Below are positions 39,371 to 49,124 of a stretch of 64,000 nt of DNA, piece by piece. The stretch's first letter is position 1, and the number at the start of each line of letters is the position of its first letter. The notes below the pieces were generated by a model that saw nothing but the letters and a program-made list of their open reading frames with translations, had not been told where the DNA came from and searched no databases. The DNA lies in contig NW_027271213.1 of NCBI RefSeq assembly GCF_040938485.1, positions 744,001-808,000 of the forward strand, read 5' to 3'. This DNA comes from Diadema antillarum (taxonomy: Eukaryota). The translations under genes were made by a program, and so were the position numbers.

Positions 39371-42300
39371 ATGAGAACAGGTTTGCTTCTATTACTGGTA
39401 CTGGGAGTCGTGGGCAGCTATGGGTTGAACCAGCCGGACGCAGCGGGTTTCACAGAAGCCTGGATGTCTCGTATCGCTACAGTGCTTTTCCAATGCCTGT
39501 GCCTATTTCTGGGCTTTGGAATCATGTGCATCTATGTACTCTACCAGCCCGTCCCAGCCGGTTTTCCAGAACCCTGGAAATATTGTATGTTCACCGTGCT
39601 TTTCCGGTGGTTTAGACTCAAGGTAGGTCTAATCAAGACGAAGTGCTTGTCTATCACCAGGGGCAGATCAAGGAACCCCAGCAAGCTCAAGCTTCGGTTC
39701 CTCTAGTGCCCTGGTTATGGCCCACCATTTTCTAATTTTCTTTCCAACTTTCTTGTCCCTTTCGGACTTACTACCTTCCTCGCTACCTTCCTCACTACCT
39801 TTCTCACTAATCTTTCCACCTACCTATCTTTTCTTCCCTTACAAGAGAGCTGCCTCGTCATTGTTAATGTGCGTCCTTGTTTGTGCATGTACATTGTGTG
39901 TGTTTATTGTCTGTCTTTTTTTTCTATCTCTTAAAGGCAAATTGTCCTTTTTTATTACAATTTGATTTTTTTCCCTTTTTCATGAGGGAACTGCATACTA
40001 CAAGCTCTTCTTTTTAGCGGTGCCCTCCATTTCCAGCAAAATTCTTTTGACTTTACCATAACGATATAACATTTATTTTTATCTTTGTTGCTAATTTACC
40101 TGTGTCTTTACTTTATGTTGTTATGTTCATCACATTGTTGTGCCAATTTTGTGACGTTATTACATGTGGCAAAAAAAAAAAAAAAACTGCTGAAAACTGC
40201 TTATCCAATAAGGCGAGCCAATGGAGTAAAATGGAGTCAAAAGGGGCCTGAGCTTTCGATCCTAGCAGAATCTTCGTCAGAGGCAAAATGACAAACAAGC
40301 AGGGAAAGCACTCACATATAAGGACTTCACACAAGAACAGACAGGTACAGGCTGGGTACACAGAACAAAGAAAACAAAGGAGAGGGTGGGAGTTCATGGG
40401 CAAGGAGCCCAACAGGTAAAGAGAGGGGGGATTAGAGCAGGAGGGTGGACAGACAAAGGGCAGAGGAGAGTGGACAGACAAAAGGCAGAGGAGGGTCAGT
40501 GCTCATCATGAGGATCACGGGGGCAACCAATGTAGGAAAGGGATGAATAGGGAGGCAACATCAAAGAAGATAAGGAACACCAGAGGGATAAAGAAAGGGA
40601 AAGAGTGAAAAGGACAACAGCAAGGGGAAGGGGGGGGGGTGGGGCTGAGCAACCAGTGAACCCTGAAAACCAGTGAACTCCTTTCAGGGTTCACTGGTTG
40701 CTCAGCCCCACCCCCCCCCCCCCCTTCCCCTTGCTGTTGTCCTTTTCACTCTTTCCCTTTCTTTATCCCTCTGGTGTTCCTTATCTTCTTTGATGTTGCC
40801 TCCCTATTCATCCCTTTCCTACATTGGTTGCCCCCGTGATCCTCATGATGAGCACTGACCCTCCTCTGCCTTTTGTCTGTCCACTCTCCTCTGCCCTTTG
40901 TCTGTCCACCCTCCTGCTCTAATCCCCCCTCTCTTTACCTGTTGGGCTCCTTGCCCATGAACTCCCACCCTCTCCTTTGTTTTCTTTGTTCTGTGTACCC
41001 AGCCTGTACCTGTCTGTTCTTGTGTGAAGTCCTTATATGTGAGTGCTTTCCCTGCTTGTTTGTCATTTTGCCTCTGACGAAGATTCTGCTAGGATCGAAA
41101 GCTCAGGCCCCTTTTGACTCCACGTTATTACATGCGAACATTTAATTGCATACCTAATTATTTTGTTGGATATGAAATAAATCAATTTCAGCTTAAACTT
41201 AATTGAACCGTAAAGAGGGGGCGCCTACGAAATTAAGGGGGACGGCGTACGAGCCCAACCAATTTTTCCTTTTTATTTATTTTGTTAAAAAAATAAAGAC
41301 GGGGTAGGGACGTGACCGGTGCCCGCCAACCTGGATCTGCTATTGATTAAAATGCTTCTTTACCTGTTTTTCTGACATCACTTTTGCCTGTCATTTGACG
41401 TGAAATAATGAAAGCTACATAAATCTGATACAATTATATAATTCGGGGTTAAATAGTGTAGTATTATTTCATTTCATCATGGACAACATGGCGTTAAAGA
41501 TCAGATGTATCACATCAATCATCCACCTTAAACTTTAATGTTAATTCTTCATGTCGTAGACTTCTATAAAACTGTTCATGAGACATCGCCAGAGTCCTTC
41601 GGAGCTTCAAATCTTGAAAGAGATGATGAAATCGATGCTCAACAACAAGCCGGAGCTCCCGGAAGAAGTTCCTGGCTCAAACATCAGGTCTCGTCTGACG
41701 TCATTCGGAGGCGTGAAAGTCAGAGTGTATGAGCCAAAGAACAGGGACCCGGAAGCAACTCTGCCAGCTTTGGTTTATCTCCATGGGGGCGGTCTCGTGA
41801 CAGGACACTCAGGTCAGTGTAGGTATGGGACCGTACAGTCCTTATCATTATGTAGTCAATAAACTCTCTACCAATGATTATGTTACATTTCTTACGTTCT
41901 ATCGTTGTGGAAAAAGATAGAAAGATACCCATTTCATAGCCAGCAGCAATCGTTAAATCACATGGTCATCATCTGCATCATTTTCTGGAAATGTCTATTT
42001 ATGCATATTTTTTTTCCGTTAACTCTGCAGATATGTGCGATGGAGACCTGCGCATGCTCAGTGAACGTCTGGGAGTAGCCGCAGTGGCTGTGTCGTGAGT
42101 TTCTTACGAGTTTCTTATTTTGTCAAATGTTCGAATTCATCAATGGCTTATAATACATATTTCATGCATAAAATAATTTGTGTGGGTTTCGCAATGACAC
42201 AAAGACAGTCACACACGCACACACATGCGTACATAATGTACTCACAGGTTATATAAGACACGTAAGTGAATATAATATGCACTGTAACATCAAGATAAAC

Positions 42301-44853
42301 GATCTAGGTCACTGTGGAAGTTTTTCAGAGCTATGATTTGTTTCCTCGACTCGTGTCGTGCCAGTGCGCAAACTAATCGTAAACTGGCGTGAAGTGTGCG
42401 GAAACCCGTCGTGACTGCGTGCCATGTCGGGACGAGAATTTTGAAATGTTCAAAATTTTTGTCACGACAAAATTTCGCGACCGGGTCGTGAACTATGCGC
42501 AACACTGTTCGTGAACTCGTCGTGAACTCGTCGGGACGATGCGTGCCAGTGCGTGGCAGTGCGCGCCATGCCACGATTGTCACGAACTGCCACGAATAGT
42601 TCACGAACAGCTCACGTCGAGTTCACGAGTAGTTCACGACATTTTCACGAATTGGTGCGCGTCGCAGCGTTGCCGTGCCTTCCCGCTGACACGGTCATGT
42701 GGCACGAGCAGTTCTCGACTAGTTCACGCACTTCACGAACAGTTTGCGCATGGCATGAGCAGTTCACGACGAGTTCACGACTACTGCGCAACAGTGGCGC
42801 TCGCGTCGGTGCGGGGGTATATATAGGGCAAGAAACGCAAGAAAGTCCCCTCACCCACCCCCCCCCAAAAAAAAAAGAAAAACCAAAAACAAAACAAAAA
42901 CAAAACAAAAAGAAAAAAGAAAAAAACAAACGAAATCTTTCGTTTCTTGCGTTTCTTTTCCGTTTCTCTTTCTTTTCGTTTCTCTTTTCGTTTACTTCCA
43001 TTTCTTCATTTATTTTTTCTCGTTTTTTTTGGTGAGTGGGGGAGGGGACTTCTTTTCTTTTATTATTCGTTTTCATTTCTCCTTTTCTTTTTCTTTTTTC
43101 CCTTTCCTTTTTCCGTTTCTTTTTTCATGTCTTTTTTTGTTTCTTTTTTTGTTTCTTTTTTTAGTTTCTTTTTCTCTTTTTCGTTTCTTTTTCTTTTTTT
43201 CTTTTGTTTGTTTTCGTTTCTTTTTCTTTTTTCGTTTCTGTTTCGCTTTTTTTGTTTCCTTTTTCGTCTCTTTTTTTTTGGAGGGGGGGGGTGGGGGAGG
43301 GGAGTTTTGTTGTTGTTTTTTTCTTTGTCCTTTATTTTTTCGTTTCTTTTTTTTTTCGTTTCTCTTTAACTTTATTTTAAGGTTAAAAAGAAAAAGAAGC
43401 GTTTTGAAAAAAGATAACAATTTATTAACATGAAAACAGCAAACAACAAATTCAGCATGCTGTCTCTTCCACAGCAGATCCAAAAATGGCCAGGGGTTGG
43501 GGAGGCCCCCTTTTTATATGGCGTGCCCAAGTCGGCACGACACCGTCCAAATTGCGCAAACTCGTCGTGATAATGCGGGAAGTGCGTAAACTATGCGCAA
43601 ACTATGCGCAAACTATGAGTGAACTCGTCGTGCCACGACTTGCCACGACAAAATAGTGGCCAAAAGTCGTGCAAGTTTACGCACGTGTCCTATGCCAAGT
43701 CCTAAGGAGTCCGTTGAGGGTTTGGTAGTCCGTTGAGGGCCATTTTGATCGCGCCATTTTGATCGCGTTATAGCCATCATAACAGTGAGAGGGCCTTGAC
43801 AAAGGGATAGGATCCTGTAAGCTAGAAAGCACAGTGAGAAAACACTTCGATGTGTACACTCTGAATGTAAAGCCCAGCAACTTCCAGAAGCTATCTGAAG
43901 TCATTATTACATAGGTCCTATATACTTCTGTCCTCACAATCCTATCCATGATTAACAATACACAAAATCACATTATAATGTCACATGTAGCTTTCTCTTA
44001 TCAGAAAGTGTGTTCCATTTATTTTGTTCTAATCAATCCTATTTCTCATCCCCACTGCAGATATCGGCTAGCACCAGAGCACCCCTACCCAGCAGCCTTT
44101 GACGACGCGTTCGCAGCGACTAGATGGCTGCTCACACACCCCGAAGAGATTGGAATCGATCCTCACAGAGTAGTGGTGTCGGGAGACAGCGCTGGTGGAC
44201 TTCTCACGGCGGCAGTCTCTGGAGCGATTGCAGACGACCCATCTGTTCCAGACATCAAGCTCCAGGTCCTGTTCTATCCATGGCTGCAGAGCCTGGACCT
44301 GAACACGCCATCGTACCAGAAAATGAGGTCCGAGAGCTATGGAAGGATTTTCCGTTTGGTAGAGTCGATGCCAATTTTCATCAGCGCTGCTGTGCTTGGT
44401 AGTGCAAATCAGTCTGTCGTACAACAGATCTCAAGCAACAACCACACGTCTGCAGATTTCAAGCGCTCAGCACCTTATCGAGACTACATCAGCCATTCCC
44501 TTATCCCAAAAGACATAATACCAGAGAGCTACAAGCCTCCCGAATCTGACGACTATGGTAACGAGGAACTTTGGGATAGTATGAAGACCGCGCTGACGTC
44601 TTGGAAACTTGTGCCCCTCATTCGCGATGACTTGTCCAAATTGCCCAGGGCTTTTGTCGCAACATGTGGCTATGACGTATTGAGAGACGATGGGATAATG
44701 TATGTAAAAAGACTTGAAAAAGCTGGGGTTCCCGTAGAATGGGTAAATTATGAGACTGCTTTTCACGGTATTCCACGGTTTGGACCACTATCGTTCGAAA
44801 TAGGGCAAAAGATGTACGATGATTCCATTGCATTTATCGAGAAATATCTGTGA
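39371..44853 (+). CDS. AADAC: Arylacetamide deacetylase-like lipase, paralog C (453 aa, duplicated N-terminal module). Exons 39371-39622, 41560-41812, 42031-42094, 44061-44853
   Basis: Exons sum to 1362 nt with phases 0,1,2; same motifs as B; exon 4 differs from B at 11 residues. Family-level symbol. Confidence 0.9.
40246..40284 (-). ncRNA. Minimal type I hammerhead ribozyme (mirror copy)
   Basis: Exact reverse complement of 41070-41108. Confidence 0.8.
41070..41108 (+). ncRNA. Minimal type I hammerhead ribozyme
   Basis: gcct-CTGACGA-a-gattc(tgcta)ggatc-GAAA-gc-TC-aggc: stem I gcct/aggc, 5 bp stem II, palindromic AGCU stem III; predicted cleavage after C41104. Confidence 0.8.
42347..43676. 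mobile_element. Terminus-less Harbinger-like MITE remnant with internal A-rich/T-rich low-complexity block (C intron 3 only)
   Basis: Repeated cacga/tcgtg/gcgca motifs and the palindrome gaattttgaa-atg-ttcaaaatt as in Z. It replaces ~490 bp present in B (33279-33771). No TIR or TSD found. Confidence 0.5.
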
Positions 44854-45239
44854 GGAATAGCCACGTACGTTGACCAATGCTCGTTGATCTAAATAGTAGA
44901 GTATAAACTTCATAATGATGAATGTTCGGGATTCGTTGTAATTAGCATTACATTTACAACTGGAAATTCTTTTGATACATGTATCAATAGATGTAAATCT
45001 CTGTATATGGTGAGTTTATGCTCTTACATCGTGCATTAATTAGATAAAAAGCAAATATGTGTATTTTCTGACACTAACTAACTTACATCACGTCAATTCT
45101 GACTGTTTGAAATGTAATTATTTGCCATCAATTTTTAACAATGCTGTAATCGCACGTTATCAATTTTACAATTTAGACTTGATCGTGCATCAGAGTTTCC
45201 TGCAGAGTTTGTATTTGTTCAGAATAGTGATCAGATAGA

Positions 45240-45556
45240 TACTCCAGTATACGAGGATTTGAGCCTCAGGCATAATTGCGTTTGAATGAAAAACTTGAAA
45301 TTTCACAATATTATGTACTAACTATAAGTTGTAACGGAATGACATGCTCAAATTGTCATTTGCAAATGCATATTGACTGCACAAGAACTGTTTCCCCCAA
45401 AATAGCAAAACTTCAAAATATCATATATGATACTATGAGGAACTTATAAGTTTCTTATTTTCCATCCGATTTCGATCAAATTTATACCGTTAAACTCGTA
45501 GCATTTCACTCTTTCTTATCATACTAACTTATATTTGGACTGAATTTCTAATTTAA
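45240..45556. mobile_element. Kolobok-like fragment (downstream of C only)
   Basis: Absent from the homologous region after B; ends atatttggactgaatttctaatttaa, similar to the fragment at ~47265-47405. Confidence 0.4.
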
Positions 45557-46320
45557 GAACGGTATAATAATACATAAGATGTAGATAGCAGAGAAATGTG
45601 AGGAGAAAATGTACCAAACAACAAACAAGGGCGTAAGTGTATATATGAGGTGTAAATGCTGAAGGTTCAAAGTTATATAATATTCAATTCATATACTCCA
45701 GCTGATCTGGAAAGGAATTACTCTTTTTCAGTGAATGTGACAGTAAGATTATTGATCTTGAATTGTACATCGATGATATCATTTATATTCAGTATATGAG
45801 AGTCAGTTTTAGTGAAGCCTATAATGAGGGGATGAATATTTCGGCAGTCATTGTGAGCAGGTTAGAGAACATCTCTGTTTGTTAAAGTGGCATGACCTTG
45901 ACATGCACACTATTGTGAGAAAAAGTAGGCCTATGATATAGGACAATGTCTGCCACGTATCACGTCTGTGGTAGGATTACATTTCTTTAATACTTTCTGT
46001 ACCAGGAACTTAGACCAGTGTGTACAACGCTATGGGGTTCTCTTTGTCAATCAGCACTCAGAAAACACAAATGGTTAAATAGAAGATCCGCTCATGAAAT
46101 CTTCAAAACTTGACCCTTGTGGATCTCCAGGAAGTATATTCTTGTATTTATGTAATTGATTTTAGTTCATATGCTGAAGTTGATAACTGTATATTTGAAC
46201 ATGTATTATAATGTTATTCGACATGCTACACTATAAACACTAATGATGTGGTCGTGTCTCCTCTGACTGCAAATATTCATTTACAGTCGAATCACTAAAT
46301 TCATACATGTTTGATCATAA

Positions 46321-46705
46321 AGGGACTGTACAGTACTGGTTGAGGTGGGGTTTCATGTTTTAAACATTCCTATAGGCGAGATAATGAGAAACCTCTTATG
46401 AAATATGAAAGAGCATGTAATCTTAAGAATGATTCAATGTTTATTTGACGAAAATTGGTTTTCAAATGGCTGAGATATCCAAAATGTGATAATAATAAAA
46501 GGCGATAGGCGACGCCTTTTATTAGGGTATCTTTGTTTCACCTTGATTTTGGATATCTCAGCCATTTCCACACAGATTTTCATCAAATAAACTTTTGATA
46601 CCCCTTAAAATTGCATGCTCTTTGACATCTCATAGAGTGGTTTCTGAATATCTCGCAAAACGTTAAAATCTAAATCCTCACCTTAACCAGAACTGTACAC
46701 ACCCT
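46321..46705. mobile_element. Kolobok-like non-autonomous element (385 bp)
   Basis: ataa|agggactgtacagtactggttgaggtg ... caccttaaccagaactgtacacaccct|ttaa; empty site at ~38025 in the B unit. Confidence 0.75.
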
Positions 46706-48278
46706 TTAAAGTCGTATGATATGGTATACGGGAAATAGTGAAGAGGTAATACATGTGATAGGCCAATATCTCTTATGAATGATAAGTCATACGTTTATTT
46801 GAGTGTCGCACTGACTGTGGCTGTAACACAAATATATCCTATAAACCTATATTTAATTCTTCTTGCGTGTATTAATTTCATCTCTCTTCTACGTGCGAAT
46901 ATGAGAATCTTGACAACGTATAAAGGATTTTTACGAGACAAACTCAGCATGTTATATCAGAATGAATGAAACATAGGCAGACCATGATATCTTAGCCTAT
47001 TATACATATGCAATTGAAAGTAGGTGTATAAAAAAGTTAGATATCATGGGACGCCTTAGAATAATAAAACCGAGCAAATTATCATATTATCCTTATAAAT
47101 ATCACAAGCACGGAAACACGCATCTAAATATTGAATCTTAAAACACAAGAAATTACTAAATTTCCTTTGTTTTTTTTTTGTACACAATCAATGGAAAGTT
47201 GTGAGGGTATGACAGTAGCTGACTCATTTGCACATCCATATTTACTGTACAATAACTGTTTTGCAGGAATTTGCAAAACTTCAAACTGTTATAACTTCCT
47301 TGTTTTTCATACGATTTTAGTCAAATTTTTACCGTTGAACTTGTAAGATCTTACTCTCTCTTATCAGAATAACTTTGATTTGGACTAGATAAGTTTCCCC
47401 TGTAACGTTCGCAGGAATTCTACTGGGATGACTTGCAAATTATAGAGTACAGTAGTCTGTTGAGTGGATTACATGCTCTTTCATTGGTTGTCTGAAGTTC
47501 AAGATGTATTGACAAATCGGTGTAAGTGTATCTTGGAATATAGTGAAGTGTGCTATGTTGAAGATAGTGGAGTAGCCGTACAGCCTACATTTCGACCCTC
47601 ACGGAATGACACAGCACATGCGTGTGTTTACTATCTATAGTAAGGGATACTCGGAATCTGTGCGAATACGAACACGAGCACATGGGGATATGCAGCCTTA
47701 TTCCCTCACCCCATCCCATCCCTGAATAAATACACTGATTTTGCACCTTTGGACCATGAGACCACACATCATAGCTGTATGTTAAGATCAAGGAGATATC
47801 ACGTGACAGTTCCTTGTTTGGAGCAACCATCTGGTAACTGAACGCCATAGTGTGACATGCAACATATTACTCTTCATGTCGTCTTAATAATTGCATGCAC
47901 TTTGGATAGTGTCATTCGACATTTTGTTTTCTTTTTGAAGGCAAATAATACGATACAACTGCGCGTTTGAGGTTAACCCATGAAAAAAGCCCAATGCAAT
48001 GAAAGGAACGTCTTTCATCGAGCTCGATAGCATTTTACTGTGTATACTCATTGCTCTGAGAATAACTGTGCGTTCCTCTCATCTGCTATGGTTCAATGGC
48101 CATAGAACGATTAGTAGAACGTCGTGGAGTACACCCGTTACGATATTACACGACGCACGACCATATCATCTAAACTGTATTTTATTATATATAGTAATCG
48201 AAGGTTCTATTCGCACAAGCTGGCTACAGCCCGTGACTCTGTGAACTTGGCAAAACCTCGAGCGAGTCAACAATAAAC

Positions 48279-49080
48279 ATGGCGGTCTTTATGCTTATGG
48301 TGATAGGACTCGTAATGCTCTGCTGCTACTTCCTCTACAAGCCAGTCCCATCTGGCTTTCCAGACCCATGGAAGTATCGACTGACCGTGGCAGCAGCTGA
48401 AGTCTTCATGAGTCTAGTAAGTATACATAGAACTTTATTTATACCTACTGCACAATGACCTATCGTATCCGGGAAGACTCACTAGTCCTGCGCATGGGGG
48501 TTCATTATCCCTTCAGCACTATACACTGTCTAACAAATCCTGACTATATACCCGTATACGTGTATTATCACTCATTCACGTGGCTTGTGTAAAAGAGCGT
48601 AGACCACAACACAGAGCTTCTTCATCCGGGGGCTTCATACACAATTACATGTATACATGGGTAATATCTAACGCACGTGCGTAAAATGGTTCGAGAAATA
48701 ACGCGCACAAAGCCACAGCACATCGACATCTGTGTACATCGTATAGAATTCAACTGATTGTTAGATTCCCGTATACTGTACTAAGTACATCAGTGCACAT
48801 AGTGACGTATAGCCGAAAGCTCTATGAAATTCAAGTGCATGCTTTGAATCGTGGGCAAACAGTAACACCAAGTACGTGTTCTTGATATGTAAATAATATT
48901 CAATTATTATACAGATATACATGTATGTATCCACACATACTATGATTATTGTAGTATAAAATCGTCTGTCTTTGATAGGATTCGCTTATAGCCATCAAGG
49001 TATGATTTTTTTTTGTATATTATATACATTTATATTATACAATGTATGCTGTATGTAAATCATTTATTTACATACCTGCA

Positions 49081-49124
<44 letters not shown>

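Larger units (their letters stand above)
40167..41121. mobile_element. Penelope-like element (inverted pLTR pair / foldback), 955 bp, 13 bp TSD
   Basis: TSD acgttattacatg at 40154-40166 and 41122-41134. Arms 40232-40668 and 40682-41122 look identical by eye except for a G/C-run length (10 vs 14). There is a hammerhead core in each arm. The PLE assignment rests on the ribozyme type and inverted layout; no RT or GIY-YIG sequence is present. Confidence 0.75.
39629..41205 (+). mobile_element. L2/CR1-type 3' fragment in intron 1 of paralog C, split by the 40167-41121 insertion
   Basis: Colinear with 31566-32143 on both sides of the insertion. Confidence 0.7.

Noticed and set aside
40113-41145. 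Two identical ORFs (MSVHSPLPFVC..) on opposite strands
   Set aside because: They are the two arms of the inverted repeat; low-complexity, no domain.
42860-43483. Long Phe-rich and Lys-rich ORFs
   Set aside because: Translation of T-rich/A-rich low-complexity DNA.
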